Below are positions 45,904 through 56,228 of a DNA stretch of 64,000 nt, in pieces. Origin of the DNA: an uncultured Candidatus Saccharibacteria bacterium (GTDB taxonomy: Bacteria; Patescibacteriota; Saccharimonadia; CAILAD01; BJGX01); contig CAZKFZ010000002.1 of assembly GCA_964552475.1 (NCBI GenBank), forward strand, positions 70,160-134,159. Direction: 5' to 3'. The position numbers and the translations under genes were made by a program. The notes under the pieces are model-generated. The model had not been told where the DNA came from and did no database searches. It worked only from the letters and a program-made list of their open reading frames with translations. The number at the start of each line of letters is the position of its first letter. Positions within the stretch are counted from its first letter, which is position 1.

Positions 45904-47388
45904 ATGACAATCAAGAAAATTACTCCTTATCAAATATTCGACTCTCGTGGCGAGCCAACTCTTTTAGTAATGATGTACTCAGACAATGGTCTTAAAGCGA
46001 GCTTTGGGGTGCCAGCTGGAACCAGCTTGGGTCAATTCGAGGCTGCTGAGAAGCGTGATGGTGAGGGCCCATACGGCGGTAATGGCGTACAAGGTTGTAT
46101 TGGAGTCATAAATACCGTCATTACCCCAAAGTTTATTGGCTACCCTTTAGATCAACAGGAAGATTTTGACGAACTACTGATTGCACTTGATGGCTCTGAG
46201 CGAAAAGAGAACCTTGGTGCCAACACTCTTTTGGCGCTCTCTGGTGCGTACCTTAAATTATCCGCATTAGTTAGCGAGAAACCTTTGTGGCAGTACATTG
46301 CAGAGCATAATCAGACAAGTCCAGAGTTTCCTAGGCTATTCGCAAATATTATAGGTGGTGGTATGCATGCACCTGGCTTAGATATACAGGAGTACATGGT
46401 AATACCCCAAAGCAACGCACCTAGCGCAAGTATTGCAACAATTTATGAGGTGTATCACACCATACGAACTGTTATGCAGAACCTTTATGGTCCTTCGGCT
46501 ACACTGGTAGGCGAAGAAGGAGGTCTTGCGCCAATTGGTACTAGTACAGAGGTAATACTGGAGGCTTTATCACAACTTAATACTAAGATGAGTTCAAAAT
46601 TTGATATCGCCCTAGATGCTGCCGCCAATACGTTCTTTAAGGATGGTGTATACAATATAGAAACTCAAAGCTTGCATGCTTCTGATCTTCTAAAGCTCTA
46701 CCAGGGTTGGGATGCTAAGTTTAATTTATATGCCATTGAAGACCCTTTTGCCGAAACCGATCTAGAAGGTACCGAAATAATAAAAGGTATGAAGGGCCAA
46801 AACAAACCCTTTTTAATAATAAGTGACGACTTTACAGTTACCAATAAGGCTAAAATAGAACAATTACAAGCCGATGAACTTTTCGATGGAATAATTATTA
46901 AACCCAACCAGGTAGGTACTTTTAGCGAAACATTTCAAGCGATTAGAGCAGCTCGTTCTAGTAAGGCCAAGGTAATTATTAGTCACCGTAGCGGTGAAAC
47001 CAACGATTCGCTAATAGCTGATTTGGCATATGGTGTAGGTGCTATGGGGCTTAAACTAGGAGCTCCAATTAGAGGCGAGCGTGTAGCTAAATACAATCGC
47101 TTATTAGAGATAGAAGCCGACCTAGACGCCAATCAAAAACAAGCCAGTAGTACAAATGTAGTTTCAGCTCCTACTGCTACACAAAAATCTCCCACACCTA
47201 CCACTGTAGAGGCCGCCCCACCGCCATATTCTTCGGCATATGTTGCTCCAGCGCCTTTTGTGAATCCGGCTAGTGCAAAACCCAATCAACCAAACCCAGT
47301 TTTTACCCCACCCACATCTCCTCTCAACCAATCAACCCCCAGTAATCCATCTCCAGTAGTTAACCCCACTCCACCTGCAAGCGTATAA
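45904..47388 (+). CDS. eno: Enolase with about a 70-aa Pro/Thr/Ser-rich C-terminal extension
   Basis: ITPYQIFDSRGEPTLLV N-terminus and SHRSGETNDSLIADLA active-site region. 494 aa against about 430 for a typical enolase. Confidence 0.85.
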   Translation: MTIKKITPYQIFDSRGEPTLLVMMYSDNGLKASFGVPAGTSLGQFEAAEKRDGEGPYGGNGVQGCIGVINTVITPKFIGYPLDQQEDFDELLIALDGSERKENLGANTLLALSGAYLKLSALVSEKPLWQYIAEHNQTSPEFPRLFANIIGGGMHAPGLDIQEYMVIPQSNAPSASIATIYEVYHTIRTVMQNLYGPSATLVGEEGGLAPIGTSTEVILEALSQLNTKMSSKFDIALDAAANTFFKDGVYNIETQSLHASDLLKLYQGWDAKFNLYAIEDPFAETDLEGTEIIKGMKGQNKPFLIISDDFTVTNKAKIEQLQADELFDGIIIKPNQVGTFSETFQAIRAARSSKAKVIISHRSGETNDSLIADLAYGVGAMGLKLGAPIRGERVAKYNRLLEIEADLDANQKQASSTNVVSAPTATQKSPTPTTVEAAPPPYSSAYVAPAPFVNPASAKPNQPNPVFTPPTSPLNQSTPSNPSPVVNPTPPASV

Positions 47389-47409
47389 AAATATCAACAA
47401 AAACTATTT

Positions 47410-48294
47410 TTGCTATATAATATGGCAATGCACAGAATCACTCCTGGTAAAACAACGATAATTAAGAAGTATTTATTGCCAGCATTACTCACAATAAGTG
47501 TTGTAGTTATTTTTCAAATACTCAGGCAAAACATTATATTAGGCAATAAAACCAACTCGCCTATCCATACTCAGCCCAGCAAAATGATCAATGTTGAGGT
47601 TCCGGTCGAACAGGCTACCAAACAGCCCTCGCAAGACATACTCGCTCAAGCATCCATACCAAGAGCTATACCCATCCTTATATACCACAAAACTCCAAGC
47701 AATTTTGCTCAGCAACTAGATAATTTGGTTTCTAAGGGCTATACCACTATATCTATGAATCAGTTAGCAGACTATTTTGATGGTATAGATACCATACCCA
47801 ACAAGCCCGTAATAATTACTTTCGATGACGGTTTTAGCGATCAATTTCATGCTCTAGATCAATTACGGTTGCGCAATATGAAAGCAACTCTTTATATGAT
47901 TATCGGTGGCCCAAAATCGCTCGGATGTATTGGCATTACACGTTCAAATTTTAGTTGTGGTGACGACTATATGAATTGGACACAGCTAAAACAGCTTGCG
48001 CAATCCAACTCTATAGAAATCGCCGCCCACACCCTCAACCACCCCAATCTAACTTCTCTAACACCAGAAGAGCAAATGACTGAAATATCTGAGAGTAAAA
48101 AAATACTCGAGACCGAACTGGGTAAACCAATCACCTCTTTGGCTTATCCTTATGGCAGGTTTAATAACACTACTGTTGATTTGGCAAAAAAAGCCGGATT
48201 CCGCACTGCCGTCACAACAGTAGATGGCTATATTCAAAGTTCACAAAACAGACTCTCTCTTATGAGGGTACGTAGTGCACTTACGCTACCTTAA
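47410..48294 (+). CDS. Polysaccharide deacetylase (NodB-domain) family protein
   Basis: ITFDDGFSDQ and AAHTLNHPNL motifs. N-terminal TM. Confidence 0.7.
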   Translation: MLYNMAMHRITPGKTTIIKKYLLPALLTISVVVIFQILRQNIILGNKTNSPIHTQPSKMINVEVPVEQATKQPSQDILAQASIPRAIPILIYHKTPSNFAQQLDNLVSKGYTTISMNQLADYFDGIDTIPNKPVIITFDDGFSDQFHALDQLRLRNMKATLYMIIGGPKSLGCIGITRSNFSCGDDYMNWTQLKQLAQSNSIEIAAHTLNHPNLTSLTPEEQMTEISESKKILETELGKPITSLAYPYGRFNNTTVDLAKKAGFRTAVTTVDGYIQSSQNRLSLMRVRSALTLP

Positions 48295-48335
48295 AATTTA
48301 CATATAGTTATTATTCTGATATTATTTTCTAATAT

Positions 48336-48683
48336 TTGTACCATATAGTTAGGAGCTACTACGTGCCGGGTTACCGAGTAGAGGTAGAATGGCAAATATC
48401 CGACCTACGTTTTAGCAGAATATTCTCGACCGAACAGTTTCCAGATATTTTAGAATTATTAAGAGAGTATTGCGAGATAAAGACCTACAATACCTTATGT
48501 GATTTTGTGTTTTTTGATGTATACATCGACGCCACTAGCTCTGATGCTGCTGAAGAGATGGCTGTAGAATATACAAAAGAATCTTTATTAAGAGTGATTA
48601 GTAGTAACGATATACTCTTGTTCTACGTAAAAGCGTTACCTGTAGACGATCGCAAAAATATAGTAGCTATAAGTAACACCTAA
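48336..48683 (+). CDS. Hypothetical protein (115 aa)
   Basis: ORF only. Confidence 0.3.
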   Translation: MYHIVRSYYVPGYRVEVEWQISDLRFSRIFSTEQFPDILELLREYCEIKTYNTLCDFVFFDVYIDATSSDAAEEMAVEYTKESLLRVISSNDILLFYVKALPVDDRKNIVAISNT

Positions 48684-48767
48684 TAGTCTAATCCCTAATA
48701 TTGTTTTTAGGGATTTTTATTTTGTAAACGCTTAAGCTATAATTAATCTAAATAAAAAGGATACAAA

Positions 48768-49331
48768 ATGACAATAAACATAGCCGGTCCATTTGAATTA
48801 TTAGATCCAGACACACCATTAGTTTTTAAAGATGGCAACGATATATATGGTGCATTTCAAAAGCAATACGAAACACACAAAAAAGGGTTTTTCATTCTAG
48901 CCCCGTCTGGTGCAGGAAAAACACATTTTATTAAGAACCAGGATAAAAATGAGTGGATTGATGGTGACGACTTATGGCAAGCTACAAATGCACACCCTAA
49001 TAATGACTGGTGGCTTGAGTCTTTAGAGGCAATTAATGAAATAGACGCAAGATGCGATGTAGTTACCCAGCAAGCAAAGAAACTTGGCTTTTGGATACTC
49101 GGTGCTTCTAATTTATGGTTAGCACCAGATGCAATCGTTATTCCTGATTGGGAAACACATAAGTCATGGATAAAACACCGTGAAGAAACAAATTACGATG
49201 GAGGTGCAAAATCAGATGCACTTGAAGGTGTACAGAGTCATAGAGCTGCGATAGAAGAGTGGGCAAAAAGGGGTGTGCCAAAGTTCGAAACAGTTGGTGA
49301 AGCAGCGGAATACTTAACTTCTAGTCTTTAG
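48768..49331 (+). CDS. P-loop NTPase (hypothetical, kinase-like)
   Basis: Walker A ILAPSGAGKTHF. aaaaaggatacaaaATG SD. Confidence 0.5.
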   Translation: MTINIAGPFELLDPDTPLVFKDGNDIYGAFQKQYETHKKGFFILAPSGAGKTHFIKNQDKNEWIDGDDLWQATNAHPNNDWWLESLEAINEIDARCDVVTQQAKKLGFWILGASNLWLAPDAIVIPDWETHKSWIKHREETNYDGGAKSDALEGVQSHRAAIEEWAKRGVPKFETVGEAAEYLTSSL

Positions 49332-50276
49332 CGGAACTTCGTACTGCTTGCCTGCGATTGTACTTTTAGCTTTTCCTTCTTGGGGTATATCAATAGTTAT
49401 GCCTGCGCCGTAATCAACTAAGAAAGTGTCGTCCTTCTCTTTACCAGCTATCTCGCGTTTTACTAAAGGACTTATAGTGTCATAGTGAGTGGCAGCCCAA
49501 ATAACTAGTCTTCTTCCTGGGTGTGATTTGTGGTATGCTTCGGCGTAACGAGCCAAAGTATCTACTGCACTTATCGTTCTATCGGCAATATCATCTGGAC
49601 CCTCTGCTCCCATCGCAACCCTCTCTTCTGCATGATGGTCACCTTCGAATGCTATCCAAAAAGCTTGAGTCTTTTTACCATGCTTTTCTTCTAGCATGTC
49701 TATATATTCAGGACTTTTGTCAAAAGCCTGGGGTTCTCTCAAGCGAGGTTCTATGCGAGGTTGACCCTTTGCTAATTGACCCCCAAGGGTGCGTACAGGA
49801 GTTGTATTATTAATAATTCTATCTTCACCGAGCCCAGCGTCTTCAAGGGCTTCTTGCATACCTTTCTGTACAGCGGTTGCGGTTTCTAAACTTCTTCTGC
49901 CACCACCCATATATTGTGTGTCGCTTGCAATTATTAGTATGTCAAGTGTATCCCATTCATCTTCTGGAATCTCTGACAACAAACCCTCTACAAAACTTCT
50001 GGCTTTATCTTCTTGGTCGTTTTCTGACTCTAAAGTAAGACTTCCAACTCTTGGGTCAGATACTTCTGTTATGTATTTACCGTGTCGTTGCAATACTATT
50101 TCAGTACCTCCAACACCGAGGTCGTGTGGCTGAATTTCATCCGCAAAGATCTTTTCGGGTAGTTCGTTTTGCTCTCTGAGTGACTCGCGTAATTGATCGT
50201 AAACACTAGGCTTACCTTCGTTGTTACTACCCTCGTCAGAACTAGACGGTTCTGATCCAATGTTTCTACCAGCCAT
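49314..50276 (-). CDS. Histidine phosphatase superfamily protein
   Basis: RHG signature (IVLQRHGKY) and a second His region (ATHYDTI). Acidic N-terminal region. Confidence 0.5.
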   Translation of the reverse strand: MAGRNIGSEPSSSDEGSNNEGKPSVYDQLRESLREQNELPEKIFADEIQPHDLGVGGTEIVLQRHGKYITEVSDPRVGSLTLESENDQEDKARSFVEGLLSEIPEDEWDTLDILIIASDTQYMGGGRRSLETATAVQKGMQEALEDAGLGEDRIINNTTPVRTLGGQLAKGQPRIEPRLREPQAFDKSPEYIDMLEEKHGKKTQAFWIAFEGDHHAEERVAMGAEGPDDIADRTISAVDTLARYAEAYHKSHPGRRLVIWAATHYDTISPLVKREIAGKEKDDTFLVDYGAGITIDIPQEGKAKSTIAGKQYEVPLKTRS

Positions 50277-50314
50277 ACAATCCTCCTTTTGGTTTATGTG
50301 TACACAGAATGATA

Positions 50315-51064
50315 TTAAGGTTTAAAGGTATTGTGAATTTCGTCAAAAGCATTTTCGTATTTTTGATAGTTCTCTACTGGGGCTTGAGTAACCAGGGTGT
50401 AAACAGAGTTGTCTGGTTTTTTAAGTATAGTGATTTTAGCTTTAATCTTACCATTTTCACCATTATAAGTAATTATTAGGCGTAATACATCGTTCCCATT
50501 TACCGTATCGCGTGACTCGTAGACAACCTCAGAACCACTATATTTAGATTTAATACTATCGCGAATAGCATTTAGCACATCAGATTTATAGCCGTTTGCA
50601 GGAGCTGCAATATAAACTATCTCGGTCTGACCATAAACCTTACCCGTATTGTCTGAGGTGGCATCTTTAAATATATAGCCTTGGGCACCATCTTGGTTTT
50701 CGGCCTCGCGCGTCCAGCCTTTAGGGTACATAACTGTGTAATTAGGGCTAGCATTGGTAAAGCTCTCTAGGGTAATTTTTGAACTCGCAGCGGCAGCTAT
50801 AATAATGATAATAACTACTAGCGTAATAAGCATATTAATTATTGATATAATTAGCCCAGCAACTGCCAAGCCCTTACCTTTTTCATTTCTCTTAGATGTT
50901 TGAGAGATGCCAATAATTGAGCAAATAAAGCCTACTAAAGGAATAATAAAAGCCATTATAAGACCAACTATAGCTAGGGTGTTGGTTTTTTGAGGAGCAG
51001 CAGGTGTTACTGCTTCAGATAGTTTGGTGTCGTCTTTTTTTGGTTCATTGACTTGTTCTGGCAT
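50315..51064 (-). CDS. Hypothetical membrane-anchored protein (249 aa)
   Basis: Two N-terminal TM helices, then a soluble domain. Confidence 0.45.
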   Translation of the reverse strand: MPEQVNEPKKDDTKLSEAVTPAAPQKTNTLAIVGLIMAFIIPLVGFICSIIGISQTSKRNEKGKGLAVAGLIISIINMLITLVVIIIIIAAAASSKITLESFTNASPNYTVMYPKGWTREAENQDGAQGYIFKDATSDNTGKVYGQTEIVYIAAPANGYKSDVLNAIRDSIKSKYSGSEVVYESRDTVNGNDVLRLIITYNGENGKIKAKITILKKPDNSVYTLVTQAPVENYQKYENAFDEIHNTFKP

Positions 51065-51124
51065 GGTGCTCCTAGTTATTTATACCTATATTATACACCT
51101 ACCAACAAGATTATTCGAGGTACT

Positions 51125-52945
51125 CTACTCCAACACAGCCTTTATACGTCTTACACCGGCCGAGCTAGATTCTTCTTTTACAATCTTAAACTTACCAATT
51201 TCGCCAGTATGTTCTACGTGGGGGCCACCGCAAATTTCTTTGCTGTAATATTCACCATTGGGGTCACCAACTGTATATACCTTAACAACATCTGGATATT
51301 TTTCACCAAATGCTCCAAGCGCGCCTTGTGCAAAAGCCTCATTTTTAGGTAGTTCTTCAAAACTCATAGGCAAATCTTTTTGAATTGTGTCATTTACTAT
51401 TTGCTCAACCTTAGCAGTTTCTTCTGGAGTCATTTTTTGGGGATGAGAGAAATCAAACCGCATTCGCTCGGCGGTAATATTACTACCTCGTTGCATTACA
51501 TGTTCACCCAACACCTCTCGCAAGGCTTTGTACATTAAATGAGTGGCGCTATGATAACGAGTTACAACTTCACTATCGTCTGCCAACCCTCCCTTAAACT
51601 GCCCAGCACTCGCAGTTCGGCTACGCTGCTTTTGTATTTCCATTGCCTTAGCAAACTCGGCTTCAAAATCTGTAGCAATCACAATATTTTGACGTTTGGC
51701 CTCTTCAATACTTAATTCTTTAGGGAAACCATAAGTGTCATAAAGTGTAAAAGCATCTTCACCGCCCAAGTCTTTTTTATTTCGGAGCATTTTTTCGAAC
51801 TCTTTTAGACCTCTAGTAAGTGTTTGACGAAAGGCATTCTCTTCTCTTCGCAATACATTCATTATTTCGGTAGGATTTTGCAACTCGGTATATACGTCTT
51901 CATATAACGAAATTACTCTTGGCGCAATTCTTTCAAACAAACCTTGGTGTATACCTATAACTAAGGCCTCTCGTATGGCTCGGCGAGCCAAGCGTCGCAT
52001 AACATAGCCAGCATCTTTATTGCTAGGCACAACTCCATCGGCAGCCATAAATGTTATAGCCCTAGTGTGGTCGGTAATAATTCGTACCGCACGCAAAGAA
52101 GACTCTGGGCTAGTTTCTTGAAATATTTCTTTGTGAGTTTCTAAAGCATAAGACTCTACAGCTTCTTTTATTTGCTTGAGCACATCGGTATCGTAAACAT
52201 TATCTACGCCCTGCAAAACAGCCGCAATGCGCTCCATACCCATACCGGTATCAACGTTTTTATTTGCAAGCTCGGTGTAGCTACCATCTTCTTGGCGCTG
52301 GTAAGCCATAAATACATTGTTCCATATCTCTACAAAGTCTGGGTTTTCGGTATCAAACTTGGGTTTATTATCACTACCGAGATAATAAAAAATCTCTGTA
52401 TCGGGTCCGGCTGGGCCGGTTTCTACACCGCCCTGCTCCCACCAATTGTCGTCTCGGCCAAGTGCTAGTATACGGTCTCCCTCTTTTGTTACGATGCCGG
52501 CTTTTTGGTACTCTTGTATCCAAAGCTCAATAGACTCTTCGTCTTTAGGCACCTCACCGTCGCCTTTATAGACAGATACATAGAGTTTTTGGGGGTCTAA
52601 GCCCAACCAATCTTTGCTAGTTAAAAACTCCCAGCTCCACGGAATAGACTCGGCCTTAAAATAGTCGCCCAAACTCCAATTGCCGAGCATCTCAAAAAAT
52701 GTTAGGTGTGTAGCATCACCCACCTCTTCTATATCGGTAGTACGCACACATTTTTGAGAGTCTACTAGCCTCTTACCCTGTGGGTGCGGTTGACCCAAAA
52801 GGTACGGTACAAGTGGATGCATACCGGCGGTAGTAAATAGTACAGTTGGGTCGTGTTCGGGTACCACCGGGGCACTGGGTATAACTACGTGATCTTTGGT
52901 TTTAAAAAACTCTAAGAATTTAGAACGTATTTCTGCAGTTGTCAT
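51125..52945 (-). CDS. alaS: Alanyl-tRNA synthetase, short form lacking the C-Ala domain (606 aa)
   Basis: N-terminal catalytic core FTTAGMHPLVPYL. Editing-domain HxxxH/CxxxH (HSATHLMY ... CGGPHVEHTGEIG). Confidence 0.8.
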   Translation of the reverse strand: MTTAEIRSKFLEFFKTKDHVVIPSAPVVPEHDPTVLFTTAGMHPLVPYLLGQPHPQGKRLVDSQKCVRTTDIEEVGDATHLTFFEMLGNWSLGDYFKAESIPWSWEFLTSKDWLGLDPQKLYVSVYKGDGEVPKDEESIELWIQEYQKAGIVTKEGDRILALGRDDNWWEQGGVETGPAGPDTEIFYYLGSDNKPKFDTENPDFVEIWNNVFMAYQRQEDGSYTELANKNVDTGMGMERIAAVLQGVDNVYDTDVLKQIKEAVESYALETHKEIFQETSPESSLRAVRIITDHTRAITFMAADGVVPSNKDAGYVMRRLARRAIREALVIGIHQGLFERIAPRVISLYEDVYTELQNPTEIMNVLRREENAFRQTLTRGLKEFEKMLRNKKDLGGEDAFTLYDTYGFPKELSIEEAKRQNIVIATDFEAEFAKAMEIQKQRSRTASAGQFKGGLADDSEVVTRYHSATHLMYKALREVLGEHVMQRGSNITAERMRFDFSHPQKMTPEETAKVEQIVNDTIQKDLPMSFEELPKNEAFAQGALGAFGEKYPDVVKVYTVGDPNGEYYSKEICGGPHVEHTGEIGKFKIVKEESSSAGVRRIKAVLE

Positions 52946-52999
52946 GCAGATAATTATAGCAGATTAACAGGTTGAGAGCTAATTTCTAATCTTCTAGTT

Positions 53000-53656
53000 T
53001 TACAGTTTTTGAGCCCCTGAGAATGCTTTTAGTAGCTCTGCTTTTTGCTTGTTTTGTAAATCTATTGTGGCGGCGTTATTTGAACAGTTTGCTTGTGGTG
53101 GTGAATAACCCAATACAAATGTGCCCAGATTTTTCTGTTCTGTAGGGCCAGCCTCGGTTGTATTTGAAAACTTAGATATTGCACCAAGTGGTAAAACTCC
53201 TGGAGCACAGTATTTTGCTGCATCGCTACTATCGGCTCCCCATGCACTACTCATAAGTGATTTGGTAGAGAAAAATACAGTCTTGTCATTTACAAAGTAC
53301 TGCAAATCTTTGATACCATCGGTTACCGGTAGTTTAAAACCTAATTCTTTTACCTCTACAAAGTTTGAGCTGGTAAGCGCATTGGTAGCAGCGGTAGTGG
53401 CTGCACTAGCAGCTGCGGCAGCAGCATCTTCTAGAGTCTTTTTCTTGTTTTGTAGCTCAGTTATTTGGGCTTGTTGGTCAGTTACTTTCTTGTTTAGGTT
53501 TTTTATGTTCATATAGCTATAAATTGATACTGCAACTAGAGCAAAGGATAGTATTACAGCTAAAATAATCCATAATTTAGAGCTTTTAGCTGAGCTATCT
53601 GTATGTTCTGTGGGGAGTGGATTGAGATTGTTTTTATGTGTTGGCTTCTGTACCAT
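53000..53656 (-). CDS. Membrane-anchored coiled-coil protein, paralog 1 of 3
   Basis: N-terminal TM + coiled coil + two conserved Cys. Similar to 54274..54975 (FVEVKELGFKLP vs FFEIKEFGVRFK; LKAFSGAQKL vs FKAAFKTLEAI). Confidence 0.5.
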   Translation of the reverse strand: MVQKPTHKNNLNPLPTEHTDSSAKSSKLWIILAVILSFALVAVSIYSYMNIKNLNKKVTDQQAQITELQNKKKTLEDAAAAAASAATTAATNALTSSNFVEVKELGFKLPVTDGIKDLQYFVNDKTVFFSTKSLMSSAWGADSSDAAKYCAPGVLPLGAISKFSNTTEAGPTEQKNLGTFVLGYSPPQANCSNNAATIDLQNKQKAELLKAFSGAQKL

Positions 53657-53676
53657 TTATTACCTCTTTAGTTATT

Positions 53677-54261
53677 TTATGTAGTTGGGGTTGTAGTACT
53701 AGCTTGAAACCAAGCAGCTGGTAGATCGTATGATTGTCCAGTAGCTTTAGATATTGGTGAAGCAGTAGTAATTACCAGCGCCCAGCTACCATCTAGTTTT
53801 TTAAATACATAGGTTTTAGAACTGCCAGGCACTGTGGTAGAACCCTGCTGACAACTGGCTATTAGACGAGCAGACTCTTTATTGTCTGAAAACTCAACGT
53901 CTTGTTTAGAAGTTCCTACAGTTCCAATTACAAAGGTGTAATTTTTGTTGGTTGTAGGATCTTTTTGTGACTCGCAACTAGCTTTGGCCATATTCAAAAC
54001 TACATTCTTATCGCTCAATTTTTCTTCATGTTCACTTACCATGCTCTTGAGAGCATTTATTTCGGCACCAAGATTCCCTACCTTGGTGCGGTACTGTTGC
54101 CATTTATAGTAACCAAAAGCACTTACAACTATTAGGGCAATAATTGCTACAATAGCAATAATCATCCAGATTTTTCCGCTCTTTTGTGATTCTACCGGAG
54201 CCATCACCTCAGATTGAGGGACTTGAGGTTGAGGGGTGGGTACATTAATTTGTTCTTCCAT
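53677..54261 (-). CDS. Membrane-anchored coiled-coil protein, paralog 2 of 3 (more diverged)
   Basis: Same architecture: TM, coiled coil, two Cys. Confidence 0.5.
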   Translation of the reverse strand: MEEQINVPTPQPQVPQSEVMAPVESQKSGKIWMIIAIVAIIALIVVSAFGYYKWQQYRTKVGNLGAEINALKSMVSEHEEKLSDKNVVLNMAKASCESQKDPTTNKNYTFVIGTVGTSKQDVEFSDNKESARLIASCQQGSTTVPGSSKTYVFKKLDGSWALVITTASPISKATGQSYDLPAAWFQASTTTPTT

Positions 54262-54273
54262 AATTTTCCTTTC

Positions 54274-54975
54274 TTATTGTTTTGTAGAAGCAGGAATTGC
54301 TTCCAGGGTTTTAAATGCTGCTTTGAATGCTGAAATTTGTTTTTGCTCTATAGTTTTTACCGATTCGGTTTCTGAACAATCCGACTCTGGGCTCACAAAA
54401 ATGTAGAAAAATTCGCCAATTTTTTTCGCATCTTGTACTTTATCTATTGTGGTGTCGTTGATTTCTTTACCAGCCTTACCTCTTACTATTTCACCTATGG
54501 CGTTATCGGAAGGATTACAGGTAGTAGAACTACCATTTTTACCGGCATCTACATATGCAGCATTCATAAGGCCTTGGCTAGAAAATGGAGCTGAACCATT
54601 ATTGATATTGGCAACATAAATAGGTAGAGCAATATCGGCAGTCTTTTTAAATCTTACGCCAAACTCTTTTATCTCAAAAAACTGCGAGCTCTGAGTGGTA
54701 GTAGTGTTACTGCTAGAGCTTGCCGAATTTAGCGACTCTTCTAGCTCTTTGTTCTTAGCTTGCAGATCGCCCACTTCGCTCTGTAGGCTAGCAACTTGTT
54801 TTTTAAACTTAGTGGCTTGTGAATAGTAATATGCCGTGACACCAATAAGTGCTACGAGCATTAATACCACGACCACAATAATTGCTACTTTGGCTAAATT
54901 ATTTGGAGCAGGGCTTTGAGCTTGCAAATACGGGTCTGAAAAACTATCTTGGGTGGGTGGTATTTGGGGGTTCAT
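54274..54975 (-). CDS. Membrane-anchored coiled-coil protein, paralog 3 of 3
   Basis: See paralog 1. Confidence 0.5.
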   Translation of the reverse strand: MNPQIPPTQDSFSDPYLQAQSPAPNNLAKVAIIVVVVLMLVALIGVTAYYYSQATKFKKQVASLQSEVGDLQAKNKELEESLNSASSSSNTTTTQSSQFFEIKEFGVRFKKTADIALPIYVANINNGSAPFSSQGLMNAAYVDAGKNGSSTTCNPSDNAIGEIVRGKAGKEINDTTIDKVQDAKKIGEFFYIFVSPESDCSETESVKTIEQKQISAFKAAFKTLEAIPASTKQ

Positions 54976-55322
54976 ACTAACGACTTTTTAGGATGTGGTT
55001 TGAAGCTTAAAATGTCTTCTGGGTCGATAAAAATTCTGAGTAGCAAACTCACTTTTTGCAACATGCTTGTCGTATTTTTCAAGGTTGTCTTTTGAGTTAC
55101 GCTTAACTATTGGTAGAATATGATACAAATCAACCGTTGATTTTGTTTTTGTTGCCGTCAAAACGCTTATATTTTTATTTTTATGAAATTCGAGCGAATT
55201 CATAGCTTCTATTATAGCATAAGCAGTTAACGATATTGCAAGTAAGATGTAACTATGTTATAAATACTCTGATTCGCACCTTCTAAAAAAGGAACAAGAC
55301 ATTGGTAGTAAAGGTAGCTTAG

Positions 55323-56114
55323 ATGTTTATGCTAGTCTTACAACTACTTGGTATGGTTTTTTGGTTTATAGTTGCATTAGTTGTTGGCCTAGTAATGGCA
55401 AACGACAAAGCTGCAGATAAATTCTATAACTCCACAAGTAGGATTGCTAGAATATTTAGTCTAAACACACTCTACGCTCTTAGATGGTATATAGTTATGC
55501 CGTTTTATTGGGCGATATGTAGACTAGGCATGAAGTTCAACAAGATTGACGATCAATCGCCAGTTAGAGCTTATAAGTACGCTATGTTGGGATTTGACTA
55601 CTCTACTAAGTCGGTAAATACCTACATCCCCAGTACCTGTACCAAAGATCAATATCGAATCAATTATTCTACTACCGACGTGGCACGTTGTCGCTCGGGG
55701 CACAATCACCCTTCACCAGACAACCTCTGCCTTTGTGGTTTTTATGGAATAAAGAGGAGATCTTTGCTCTCAAAAATAAAGGGTAATTGGCGACCGGGCA
55801 GAAATGCTAGTACGCAACTCTTTATCTTAGAAGTAGAGCATTATGGCAAAGTAGTAGAAAGTATCTTTGGGTATCGTTCAGAAAAGCAGCGTGTACTGAA
55901 AGTTTTTGCAAAAAAAAGATGTGCTTTCTGCACTATTTACTGTCGACACAAACCTTTTTATAGACGTAGAGAGGCTATTGGCTTTGCAGTGTATAAAAGC
56001 CCTTTCGATGTAAACAGAATAGTTCTACCAGTGTGTAAAAAGCACAGTCCCAAAAGAATAATTACAATTCAAGATGTTGCCGATGGTCTTGGTACCGAGG
56101 TGGCGTGGATCTAA
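55323..56114 (+). CDS. Hypothetical TM protein with CxCGFYG / CxxC / VCxxH motifs (paralog A)
   Basis: LCLCGFYGIKRR ... YGKVVESIFGYR ... CAFC ... VLPVCKKHS ... TIQDVADGLGTEVAW. Paralogous to 56365..57306. Confidence 0.5.
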   Translation: MFMLVLQLLGMVFWFIVALVVGLVMANDKAADKFYNSTSRIARIFSLNTLYALRWYIVMPFYWAICRLGMKFNKIDDQSPVRAYKYAMLGFDYSTKSVNTYIPSTCTKDQYRINYSTTDVARCRSGHNHPSPDNLCLCGFYGIKRRSLLSKIKGNWRPGRNASTQLFILEVEHYGKVVESIFGYRSEKQRVLKVFAKKRCAFCTIYCRHKPFYRRREAIGFAVYKSPFDVNRIVLPVCKKHSPKRIITIQDVADGLGTEVAWI

Positions 56115-56228
56115 ATATCCCTTAGAAATCTAGGGGATTTTATTTTATAACATATATAACGATTGCAAATGATTAATATATATGTTATAAATGATTTGTT
56201 TTATGCACCTCAACAAAAGGAATACACA

